Assembly: GCA_937892945.1 (NCBI GenBank)
Contig: CALBIL010000058.1
Span: 27,961-91,960, forward strand
Length of the DNA: 64,000 nt
From: an uncultured euryarchaeote
GTDB taxonomy: Archaea; Thermoplasmatota; Poseidoniia; Poseidoniales; Poseidoniaceae
Reading direction: 5' to 3'
Shown here one piece after another: positions 1-9,047 of the stretch. A program made the translations under genes and the position numbers. Each line of letters opens with the position of its first letter. The first letter of the stretch is position 1. The notes under the pieces are model-generated. The model was not told the DNA's origin and searched no databases. It saw nothing but the letters and a program-made list of their open reading frames with translations.

Positions 1-1238
1 GATGACAACCGTTGCAGCGCCGATGATCTCTGTTAGAGGGTCCCACACAATGATACCGTTGCTCGAGTAATCATCGCTCGAAGGGGTATTGTCCATTCCA
101 TTGGTGACATTGAGTGTGTACTCAAGCATCCCTGAACCATCAGTCGTTGGACTGGCAAGAAGATTTGTTGACTCGTATCGTACTTGCATGTTCTTATTGC
201 CTTGAGGTTGGGCACCTGGTGAGGTTTCATAGATGACTGAAACAGTTTGCTCGGAATTCGGGAGCGTAGCCAAGAATTGCAGGTCTACATCGACGACAAC
301 ATTTCGAGCGCCAGGATTTGAAGTGGCTTGAACGCCCCATGAGTCGGATGGAGAATAGGATTTTAGTAACCAATCAATGGTGAATCCAGCAGCATTTGAT
401 ACGCGCATCCAAGAATTGTAACGGACTGCAGGGCAATACCAGTTGAATCCCAGTGAGACACCAGTTTCATTCCATTCATTGATCTTGTATGAATCGTCAC
501 AGCCAGTGTAATCAATCGAATTACTGCTGTCGGCTGGGACACCATTGGCGGTAATTTGCCAACTGTTGTTTTCTGGTCCCTGGGTGTCGAATTCTGAAGG
601 GTCAAAATAATCGGAACTACCACCTACTCCAGTTGTGGAATAAAACGGCATGTACCATTGGTCACCAGTATGGATTGGAAAATCATTCTTTTCTTTTGGT
701 GGAAGATAACTGGTATCAAAAGTGATTTCAGCGATATCCTGTTCCAAAAAACCAATATTAAACGGACGGAATGTCACATCGAGTGTGAATTCTGAATTTA
801 CCACCGCAAGGTCACGCACACGAATCAAATCTTCACCAACATAGCCGATATCAAGTCGGCCAGAAGTACCTTCCAAGGTTGCACCACTGTTTCCAGAGGT
901 GAAATCTCCATCGAGTTCAAGTTTATACACGAGAGTTTGAGTGCCATCTACTGTGATAAATAATATATCGGTGACTTGGTAGGTTGTATCCCCAGTAAGT
1001 GTGTTGAGTGATGCGGTTACATTTGCTTGAGCAATCAGTTGAGCAACATCAAATTTGGTCTCATAGACCCATTCATCTCCAATTCTCCATGTTGGAACAT
1101 CTTTGTCGGTATCCCAGCCTTCTGCGAATCGTGCATCACTCTCTGAGAGAGCAATGGATTGATGCGAGACCATATCGGTTAATGGAGCAGCTAACATTAA
1201 GAAAATCAATCCTAAGACGACAGGTCGAAAGCGATTCA
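1..1238 (-). CDS. Secreted surface protein, N-terminal part only (3' end lies beyond the window edge). Paralog of the adjacent 1296..4892 gene.
   Basis: Absent from the ORF track because it has no stop inside the window. The reverse-strand ATG at 1238 opens a frame that stays open to position 1 in my manual translation. It begins MNRFRPVVLGLIFLMLAAPL (signal peptide), followed by VPTWRIGDEWVYE, GSSDYFDP, YTGCDDSY and WYCPAVRYNSW. These motifs are collinear with the N-terminus of the neighbouring giant protein. Confidence 0.75.
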
Positions 1239-1295
1239 TAGAACCCCGAGAGTGTTCTCCTACTTGAATACTTGATTTTTTCGTTTTAAAATTTA

Positions 1296-4200
1296 TCAGG
1301 GATGTGATGATTGAGCCTCGATGTATTGGTGCCCATAATGACTCCATTGCTCTTGAGTCCAACCTTCTGGCAATCCTCCTTCTGGTAAAGGCAAGGTTTG
1401 AGAGTCAGATAGTTGTTCGACTGGAGTGGTGTTCAGTTCCGGTTCCATCTCGCTTTCCGATTGAATCTGTTCTTCAGGCGACTGAAGTGTTGATGTAAAC
1501 ATTTGCCCAGAAGGAGGGGCCTTGGGGCGTCGTGTTTGGGCATCTTCGAGCAACGCGTGTTCTTCGAATACGTGTTCGGACAAGTCTTCACCTTCAAGCC
1601 CGTTTTGTTGCCACGCGTTCTCATCAGGATTGGTTTTTTTCCGTCGAGTGAACGATGCGAGAATGAACAAGGTAGCCAACAGCAATCCAATTTGAGCGAA
1701 TGGATTTGCTTCATCACCAACCAACGCAGCACCGACTTGCTCGATGGAAGTCCGTTCAGGTGGTGCAACTTCGACGATCATCGTCGACTGTCCCGGTCGT
1801 TCAGGGTTCTCATCCCAAGCCATTGCTTTGACACGAACAGTTCCCGCTTTACGGAATACATGACTCACGGTTGAACCAACTAAATCAGCGTCGTTATCTT
1901 TGATTCCATCTCCATTACTATCAATCGTGATGTCCAAGTCCCATACGATGGTAAGTCCGTCCAAATCATTCAGTGAATCAATGGTTTGTTCAGCGCTTAG
2001 GACACAGTCACGGTAAGCAATACATTCGATGTTCTTCAAACGAACAATTGGTGGCATGTTGAGGACTTCAACAGTGAGGACTTCACTTGATTGTGCTCCA
2101 TCGTCATCTGTGACGTGATAGATGATGGTGTGAGAGCCACTTCGATTCCATGCATATTCAAGAACATCTCCTTGAATATCACAATCATCATCAGCTCCAC
2201 CAAGGTCATCGCTGTCGATTCCCGGGTCGATATCCCAGCATTTGACTAAGGTTTCAATGTCACTTTCGGTGTCGGAAGAATTCCCTTCAATGGTAATGCT
2301 TTGGCCTTCTGCAATTGGTAAAAGGGATACCAAGGGTTCGATGATTGGTGGAACATTTCGAATGTTAATCCATCGTTCTTCGACACGACTTGCTTCTCCA
2401 TCTGAATCACTTACTTCTAAACGAATTGTATGAAGCCCTGACGTGTCCCATTGCATTGGGAAGGTTGAGGTTCTTCCCGAAAAAGAATAGATGAGTGAAG
2501 GTTGTTGTCCATCGGGCCACCATGTATGGGTTAGGCTTTCCAAATCATCCACTGAATCGAGGGCCTGCCCCTTCACCACAACGCTTTCATCTTCATCCAA
2601 CTGCCAAATCTGTTGTTCATCACTTTCGATGAATTGATTGTTTTTCTGCAAAGCTATTGATGCGCTATGAGGTGCAATATTTGTGAAATGGATCTCAAAG
2701 GTAGCAGCAGTTGTCTCGGAATCATCATCGGTAGCCACTGCGGTAAATGTATGCCAACCTTCTGTTGCTGCGGTGGTTGTACACACACGAGTGTAGTAGC
2801 CTTCTTTGCACATGGCATTGGGCCAATGTACATCGACAACACCTGGCCAAATCTCTTCTGAATCAGAGTCATTGGCAAATGCATAGAGCGTGATTGGATG
2901 CTCGACTTTCGCTTCACTTCGAGCGCTCATGATTCCAATATTTGGGCGGCGATTTTCAATCGATACCATCATGGTCGCTTTTTGTTCATCTCGTTCTTCG
3001 TCAATCACGGTCACTTCGACAGGATAATTACCATTATCTGTCCATGTCCAATTGACCAAACAAGAAGAAGAAGGGACCGTTTCCCAAGCCCAATTCCAAG
3101 AACCATCATCGTATGGGATTTTGAAAAGGCAAGAAACTTCACCGCCATCTTCATCAAAACTACCATCCGCTACAAGTTGAATTCTTTCAAGGGTAAGCGC
3201 TGAAGTGTTGGTGACTTGGGGTGTTGGAAGGCGTCCTACAAACATCGAGATTTCAGCATAGTTGTTGCTCATATTCGCATCTGCACTGTTCACTTGTTCG
3301 GGGTCTGCTTGCCAAGATACGGGGACAACTCCAATTTCTTGATCGTTCGGAACCACCCAAGTGAAATTCACTTTGTGAGCTTCATACGTTGCAAGAGAGG
3401 GAAGTACATGGGATGAAACTTGACCGTCAGGTTGCGTGATCGACATGGTTGTGGGAATACTTGAAGAGATTCCTCGGTTTTGAATCGCTACTTCGACCAT
3501 TAATTCATCACTCGGCAATATATTCCAACCAGATAATGAATTCAGTTCTGTTACTGCGCCACTTCTGTTTCGTAATACTTTGGCGAAAGAGTCACTCGAA
3601 ATCAAATCCAGTCCGACTAAATATTCATCCAATGTCAATGTCGTAGAACCAACAGCATCTCTGTGCGAATGAGTCTCTGAAGGTTCAACACGAGCTACAA
3701 TCCCATGACTGGCCCAATCAAGTGCGGATGCTGAGGAATCTTTTGCATCACCCATGTCCATGACGACATAGGCGCTTCCGTTACTCGCGGTAGAAACCGA
3801 AATGACGTTATTCATCGCTTCATGATGAATCTTGAGAGGAATATTATCAATGGTCGTGAAACAACCGTTGCTTGAAGAAGCATTCACCCAAACACCCATT
3901 TGAATATTGAGTGCAGTAATGTCATTTTCTAAATCTACAGTAAGACATTTGTCTCGAGTTCCGGGATTACTGTATTGGTCAACACCCGTTGAATCAAGTG
4001 GTATGTATCGTTTGAGACGGAAATCGATGACTAATCCAATGTCATCTTCTGTATGAAGCCAAGCAAAGTTTCGGGCTTCAGGACAATACCATTGGTATCC
4101 ACTTTGGTCGCCATCACTGTTGATTGATGTCAATTCATACGAAGCATTGCAACCACCGTATGCAATCGTTTCACCGTAACTGTTGCGAGGCTTTCCAATG

Positions 4201-4892
4201 CTGGTTACTTCCCAAGTAGTGCTGTTTGTATCAGAGGATGGGGCAGGGAAGGGAGTTATGTAATCGCTCGAACCAGACCAAGCAGAAGAAGCGGTGGTGG
4301 TTGTGGTCCATTGCTCATTGGCTCGAAGAGGGAAATCATAGACTTCTTTTACCGGACTGTAGGTATTTGTGATGGTAATATCGCCCAGCACTTGTGCGAG
4401 GCTTGAGAGTCCAAAAGGTACGAATCGAATGTACAGTTCTAAGTCACTACGTATTGACGACAAATCGCTCACTCGAAGATATTCAGTTTGTTCAAACGTA
4501 ATGTAGACATTGCCATTGTACCCATCTAGAGAAACTCCGGATTTGTCGAAGTTCGCAGATGTGCGTAAGGTATAGGCAAGAACTGTCATGTTGTCGACGG
4601 AACGTTCGGAAATGGCCATGACTTCAGCAGTCGTATCGCCATAGATCTCGCCAACCGTGGCTTGAACGCCAGAATCAGTGACTAATTTTGTTGGGTCAAA
4701 TGTCCCTGAATAGATCCATTTGTCGCCAACCCTCCAAGTAGGTACATCACTTACACCAGGGTCTTCTGATACAAATCGAATCTCTGGAGCATCGGCCAAA
4801 GTAGGAGAGTAAAGTATCGGCTGTACCGATGCTAAACACAACAACAGAACCAGCATCAAAGGAGATGCAAGTCGGACCGAGCCTTTGCCCAT
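1296..4892 (-). CDS. Giant cell-surface protein with a signal peptide, an uncharacterised conserved N-terminal module, a CARDB-like domain, five PKD-like Ig repeats, a single C-terminal TM anchor and an acidic cytoplasmic tail.
   Basis: The ORF is 1204 aa; the 4910 start is TTG and the first ATG is at 4892 (MGKGSVRLASPLMLVLLLCLASV). The CARDB-like stretch reads MVEVAIQNRGISS...NFTWVVP...ANMSNNYAE. PKD-like signatures include VEVTVIDEERDE, FTAVATDDDSE, IRLEVSDSDGE, IIYHVTDDDGAQ and VRVKAMAWDENP. The TM segment FAQIGLLLATLFILASF lies at nt 1650-1700 and is followed by RRKK. Confidence 0.85.
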   Translation of the reverse strand: MGKGSVRLASPLMLVLLLCLASVQPILYSPTLADAPEIRFVSEDPGVSDVPTWRVGDKWIYSGTFDPTKLVTDSGVQATVGEIYGDTTAEVMAISERSVDNMTVLAYTLRTSANFDKSGVSLDGYNGNVYITFEQTEYLRVSDLSSIRSDLELYIRFVPFGLSSLAQVLGDITITNTYSPVKEVYDFPLRANEQWTTTTTASSAWSGSSDYITPFPAPSSDTNSTTWEVTSIGKPRNSYGETIAYGGCNASYELTSINSDGDQSGYQWYCPEARNFAWLHTEDDIGLVIDFRLKRYIPLDSTGVDQYSNPGTRDKCLTVDLENDITALNIQMGVWVNASSSNGCFTTIDNIPLKIHHEAMNNVISVSTASNGSAYVVMDMGDAKDSSASALDWASHGIVARVEPSETHSHRDAVGSTTLTLDEYLVGLDLISSDSFAKVLRNRSGAVTELNSLSGWNILPSDELMVEVAIQNRGISSSIPTTMSITQPDGQVSSHVLPSLATYEAHKVNFTWVVPNDQEIGVVPVSWQADPEQVNSADANMSNNYAEISMFVGRLPTPQVTNTSALTLERIQLVADGSFDEDGGEVSCLFKIPYDDGSWNWAWETVPSSSCLVNWTWTDNGNYPVEVTVIDEERDEQKATMMVSIENRRPNIGIMSARSEAKVEHPITLYAFANDSDSEEIWPGVVDVHWPNAMCKEGYYTRVCTTTAATEGWHTFTAVATDDDSETTAATFEIHFTNIAPHSASIALQKNNQFIESDEQQIWQLDEDESVVVKGQALDSVDDLESLTHTWWPDGQQPSLIYSFSGRTSTFPMQWDTSGLHTIRLEVSDSDGEASRVEERWINIRNVPPIIEPLVSLLPIAEGQSITIEGNSSDTESDIETLVKCWDIDPGIDSDDLGGADDDCDIQGDVLEYAWNRSGSHTIIYHVTDDDGAQSSEVLTVEVLNMPPIVRLKNIECIAYRDCVLSAEQTIDSLNDLDGLTIVWDLDITIDSNGDGIKDNDADLVGSTVSHVFRKAGTVRVKAMAWDENPERPGQSTMIVEVAPPERTSIEQVGAALVGDEANPFAQIGLLLATLFILASFTRRKKTNPDENAWQQNGLEGEDLSEHVFEEHALLEDAQTRRPKAPPSGQMFTSTLQSPEEQIQSESEMEPELNTTPVEQLSDSQTLPLPEGGLPEGWTQEQWSHYGHQYIEAQSSHP
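1761..3188 (-). repeat. Coding region for five tandem PKD-like Ig-fold domain repeats (protein-level repeats, diverged at DNA level).
   Basis: This corresponds to about aa 575-1050 of the 1204-aa ORF. Units of roughly 90 aa recur, each ending in a D/E-rich strand (xVxDDDG/SDSDG) followed by xVxNxPP. Boundaries are approximate. Confidence 0.55.
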
Positions 4893-4947
4893 GGTTGGCC
4901 ACGTTCGCAATAGAACATCAAGACTTCTCTTGAAGAATACGGCGAAA

Positions 4948-5562
4948 TCAAAGAAGGTCAGCTAATTCGTCCTTAATGATTTCAACGGCTTCGAGGATTT
5001 CGTCCTTGTGACGGGCACCGGTAATCACCATCTTTCCACTTCCGAAAATCAAACAAACAACCTTTGGATAGTCAAGGCGGTAAATCAAACCTGGGAATTG
5101 TTCTGGTTCGTATTCAACCTTGTCGAACGGCAAGTGGAATGTCAAATTATTCAAGTTGAGTTTTCGAGGAACACCTGCTTGTGGTTCGTTCGTGAATTTG
5201 TCCTTTCCTTCATAATCTTCAGGATAGTGGAGTGCATAGGTAGCAACCATGTTTTGAACTTCGATTTCGACTTGGTCAAGGTCCCAGGTTTCGATTCCAG
5301 CAGCACGGAGATCATCGATCATCCGTGAGATTCCAGTATGGATGTTTGCTTCATTCTTTCCACCTGTGCAAACTGCACGGCCTGAACGGAACATGAGGAT
5401 TGCAAGTTTCGGGTCTGTGACACGGTAAACCACACCAGGGAATTGTTCAGGTTCGTATTCGCAATTAAGCTGGATTGCGATATCCGGTAAATCGAGTTCT
5501 TCAGCGACTCGGGTACTCGCAACGACGTTTACCACAGTTAGACGTTCTTCATCAGTTGTCAT
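4948..5562 (-). CDS. tbp: TATA-box binding protein (TBP), with a lineage-specific insertion in the second repeat.
   Basis: There are two TBP repeats: NVVAS...EYEPEQFPGVVYRV...FRSGRAVCTGGK and NMVAT...EYEPEQFPGLIYRL...FGSGKMVITGAR. I moved the start from the track start at 5613 to ATG 5562 (MTTDEERL), which lies 22-32 nt downstream of a TATA element. Confidence 0.95.
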   Translation of the reverse strand: MTTDEERLTVVNVVASTRVAEELDLPDIAIQLNCEYEPEQFPGVVYRVTDPKLAILMFRSGRAVCTGGKNEANIHTGISRMIDDLRAAGIETWDLDQVEIEVQNMVATYALHYPEDYEGKDKFTNEPQAGVPRKLNLNNLTFHLPFDKVEYEPEQFPGLIYRLDYPKVVCLIFGSGKMVITGARHKDEILEAVEIIKDELADLL

Positions 5563-5582
5563 GTTTGGGCCATATATAACGA

Positions 5583-5594
5583 CTATATAAAAAG
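5583..5594 (-). promoter_or_regulatory. Candidate archaeal TATA box for tbp, implying a leaderless or near-leaderless transcript.
   Basis: The minus strand reads CTTTTTATATAG, 22-32 nt upstream of ATG 5562. A second AT-rich element, GTTATATATG, lies at 5571-5580. No Shine-Dalgarno motif lies between them and the ATG. Confidence 0.5.
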
Positions 5595-5642
5595 AAGGCA
5601 GGCGCCGTAGCACTTATTTCCGTGATAAAGAGGCAACTGTGA

Positions 5643-6836
5643 CTATGTCTCTTGTTTAATGCGCCATAATGGTAGATTTTCGGTCTCATCAATGGATAAG
5701 CCGACGTTACCGAATTTGGAGATGAGGGTTCTTCCACCTGCTAATTCTATGGCTTCACTCGTCTGTTTGGGATTGGTTGTCAAAGCGACCATACAACCAC
5801 CACCCCCAGCCCCCGTGAGTTTTGCACCCAAGGCAGTTGGGGCAGCGGCCCGAATCAAGTTTTCCAATTCAGGGCAAGACACACCGAGGCCTTGGAGCAT
5901 AATTTGATTTTCACTCATCGCCCTTCCGACAGCTGCATAATCACCTTCTCGCAACGATTGAATCCCGCGACGAGCGATCATACCAATCGTTTCAATCTCT
6001 TTCATTCGTTCCGGATGTGCTTCAATCGCAGCAGCCACTTTGGCAACTTGATGTGATGTTGGTGCATGGACCCCCGTATTGCCGATGACCAAGAAGACTT
6101 CTTCAGTCGATTTCGGCAAGTTGATTGAATGCAAATGCCAGATTCGTTCACCTTCTGACATTTTTAGACGGCGAGTATAGAGGTATTCTTCCTGTGATTC
6201 GAGTACATCAGAAAGGAGTATAATGCCTCCATGTGCACACGTTGATGCATCCATTGGAGATGCTCTACCGCCTTGAGCGACTGCTTCGACAGCATGGGCG
6301 AGTAAGGCGCATTCATCGATATCAACGACGCTTTCATCGGTGATATAATGCAGGGCGTTTCCAACCTTTCCTTCTCGTCGAGCATTGATTTCTCGGTCTT
6401 CAACCGAGTATACGTTCTCATTCTCAAAGTGGCTTGAATACCCTTCCGCCCAAGATTCGCTCTTCTGTGATTCGTCGGCTGTGTTGAACCATCGGCCTCG
6501 TGCCGTTCTCAATGCTGCACTTGCGGCAACCGAAAGAGCAGCTGAAGATCCCAGCCCTGATGCAGGTGGAATATCGCCACTGATTCGAATCGTAAGGTTC
6601 GGTGCACCTTTTTGGGGTTGCCATAATCGATTTCGTAAGGCTTGAACATGGGGGTGTCGTTTTGGATCGAATTGCATTCCGTCTATTTTCCAAGATTCAC
6701 TGGCTGAACCCAAAGTCTCAATCGACACAGAAATCCGCTGTTCGATAGCGACTGCAACAGCGGGTTGGCCATAGACTACGGCATGCTCTCCAAAGAGAAT
6801 GCATTTTCCTGGAGCGCTCGCTGTTACTCGTCCCAT
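5643..6836 (-). CDS. mvk: Mevalonate kinase (GHMP kinase family), unusually long.
   Basis: Motif 1 is GKCILFGEHAVVYGQPAVAVAI, GHMP motif 2 is PPASGLGSSAALSVA, and motif 3 is KLTGAGGGGCMVAL. An acidic insertion lies between motif 2 and the EAVAQGGRASPMD region. Confidence 0.9.
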   Translation of the reverse strand: MGRVTASAPGKCILFGEHAVVYGQPAVAVAIEQRISVSIETLGSASESWKIDGMQFDPKRHPHVQALRNRLWQPQKGAPNLTIRISGDIPPASGLGSSAALSVAASAALRTARGRWFNTADESQKSESWAEGYSSHFENENVYSVEDREINARREGKVGNALHYITDESVVDIDECALLAHAVEAVAQGGRASPMDASTCAHGGIILLSDVLESQEEYLYTRRLKMSEGERIWHLHSINLPKSTEEVFLVIGNTGVHAPTSHQVAKVAAAIEAHPERMKEIETIGMIARRGIQSLREGDYAAVGRAMSENQIMLQGLGVSCPELENLIRAAAPTALGAKLTGAGGGGCMVALTTNPKQTSEAIELAGGRTLISKFGNVGLSIDETENLPLWRIKQET

Positions 6837-6981
6837 TCAATCCCCCTCGTCTTCACGAGCAGCCTTCGCTTCATATCCCTTGTTCTCAGTCGTTGGTGAA
6901 TGAGTGTAAATTGTCGGTGCATTGAAGGTTTGAACTTGCGTGCCATTAACTACGGGAATCTTTCCCTAGAGTTGATATGAG

Positions 6982-9027
6982 ATGGAACACCCATTGACAA
7001 TGACATACGGACCCGTTTCTGGATGGCTCATCCTCGTTCTTCTTGGAGGAATTTCGGGCTCCTTTTTTATCTACCAAGTCATCAAGGCTTCTCGACTGGT
7101 TCTCAAAGGTGCTCCTGACAATCGTTTCGATAATTGGGGTGCGCGAGTCATGGAAGTTCTTACGGGTTGGCTTGGACAGAAAAAAGTTCTCAAAGACCGT
7201 GTAGCAGGTGTCATTCACGTCCTCATGTTCTGGGGTTTCTTGATGCTTTCAACAGATATGTTTGACTTGGCTACAGCGAATTGGTTCTCACATAATATTC
7301 TACCAGACCTCGTTCGAGGTCCTTGGAACCTCATCGTTGAAACGGGGTACACCATTGCACTCATCGGCTGTATGGCCGCTTTGATTCGCCGTCTCATCTT
7401 CACGCCTGAAAAACTCAAGGGGAAGTCACAACTGGAAGGTAATTTCATTCTCGTGCTCATTATGACCATCACTGTCACTGCGTTCTTTGTTGAAGCTGGT
7501 GAATCGACCGTCTCATCCACATGGGAACCGATTGGTTCATGGGTTGCTTCGAGTATTGTTCCAAGTACAACACTGGTTGTAGGTGCTTATTGGATGCACA
7601 TGCTTGCTATTTCCACATTCTTGTTCTTGATTCCTCTTTCAAAGCACATGCACCTCGTGATGGCTTTCCCGAATGTTTTCTTCCATGACATGCGTCCAAT
7701 GGGTGCTATGGAACCGCTTGCTCGAGGTGTGGATGGAAAGGCAGTACCTCTGGATGACCTTGACATCGAATCCTTTGGGACAGTAAACTACACTGATTTG
7801 ACTTGGCGAAACCTCATTGATGGATGGGCTTGCACTTCATGCGCTCGTTGTCAAGATGTGTGTCCCGCTTATGCCTCTGGTAAATCGTTGAACCCAATGC
7901 AAATTATTCACGATGTTCGTCATTATGCAAACGATAATGCGAGTACGTTACTTGCTGGAGAAACACCTGCGCAAGATATCATCGCTCGCTTTGGTGAAGA
8001 AGCCATTTGGGCGTGTACGACCTGTCACGCTTGTGTTGAAGCCTGTCCAATTTACATCGATCATGTACCAAAATTAACCGATGCTCGACGTCACTTGATG
8101 ATGGAGCGTATGGAATTTGATGAATCTGTTGAAGAGACTGTTCTGCCACTTATGGCTATGATTGAAAACCTTGAATCGGATTCAAACCCGTATGGATTGC
8201 CTTCCCACGAACGTGGCGAATGGGCTGAAGGTCTTGATGTCAAAGTCGCAGAACCAGCAGAATACATTTACTTCGCAGGCTGTGCAGCCTCTTTCGATGA
8301 ACGAAACAAGAAAGTGGCCCGTGATACAATCAGTATCATGAAAGAGGCAGGTCTTGACGTTGGAATCCTCGGAATGCAAGAAGGATGCAGTGGTGACGCT
8401 GCCCGTCGTGCAGGAAACGAATACCTCTTCCAGATGCTGGCAGAAACCAATTTATCAACGTTCGAAGACATTGGTGTGAAAAAGATCGTTGCTTCCTGTC
8501 CTCACTGTTTCCATACCCTCGGAAAGGAATACAAAGACTACGGTGGACAAGACATCGAAGTGATGCACCATTCACAACTCATCAGTCACCTCCAGCAAGA
8601 AGGAAAGTTACCGGAACCCAAGCATGACGGTTCAGTCACCTACCACGATCCATGTTATCTCGGCCGAATCGGTGGCGAAGTCGACGCACCTCGTGATGCG
8701 ATTGGCGGAGTCGATGTTGAAGTTGAACGTCACGGCAAGGATTCGTTCTGCTGCGGTGCTGGTGGAGCACAAATGTGGATGGAAGAGCATGTCGATGATG
8801 AGCATGACCGTGTTAACGTGATTCGTTCCAAAGAATTAGCAGAGACCGGTGCTGATACAGTCGCTGTTGGATGTCCATTCTGTTCAACCATGGTTACCGA
8901 TGGATTAACTGCAATTGGTTCGGAGATGGAAGTCAAAGATATCGCAGAAATTGTTTGGGAACAAATCAAAGCGAACGATGCTGCCATCGAAGCCAAAAAG
9001 GCTGAAGTCGAACCAGCAGAAGCCTGA
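6982..9027 (+). CDS. Membrane-bound Fe-S oxidoreductase: a polytopic N-terminal domain fused to a module resembling HdrD/GlcF (two 4Fe-4S motifs plus two Cys-rich CCG domains).
   Basis: About the first 230 aa contain roughly six hydrophobic helices. Ferredoxin motifs are CTSCARCQDVCP and CTTCHACVEACP. Cys-rich CCG-type signatures are ASCPHCFHTL, DSFCCGAGG and VGCPFCSTM. Confidence 0.8.
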   Translation: MEHPLTMTYGPVSGWLILVLLGGISGSFFIYQVIKASRLVLKGAPDNRFDNWGARVMEVLTGWLGQKKVLKDRVAGVIHVLMFWGFLMLSTDMFDLATANWFSHNILPDLVRGPWNLIVETGYTIALIGCMAALIRRLIFTPEKLKGKSQLEGNFILVLIMTITVTAFFVEAGESTVSSTWEPIGSWVASSIVPSTTLVVGAYWMHMLAISTFLFLIPLSKHMHLVMAFPNVFFHDMRPMGAMEPLARGVDGKAVPLDDLDIESFGTVNYTDLTWRNLIDGWACTSCARCQDVCPAYASGKSLNPMQIIHDVRHYANDNASTLLAGETPAQDIIARFGEEAIWACTTCHACVEACPIYIDHVPKLTDARRHLMMERMEFDESVEETVLPLMAMIENLESDSNPYGLPSHERGEWAEGLDVKVAEPAEYIYFAGCAASFDERNKKVARDTISIMKEAGLDVGILGMQEGCSGDAARRAGNEYLFQMLAETNLSTFEDIGVKKIVASCPHCFHTLGKEYKDYGGQDIEVMHHSQLISHLQQEGKLPEPKHDGSVTYHDPCYLGRIGGEVDAPRDAIGGVDVEVERHGKDSFCCGAGGAQMWMEEHVDDEHDRVNVIRSKELAETGADTVAVGCPFCSTMVTDGLTAIGSEMEVKDIAEIVWEQIKANDAAIEAKKAEVEPAEA

Positions 9028-9047
9028 GCAACCGATGAGGTGGCACA

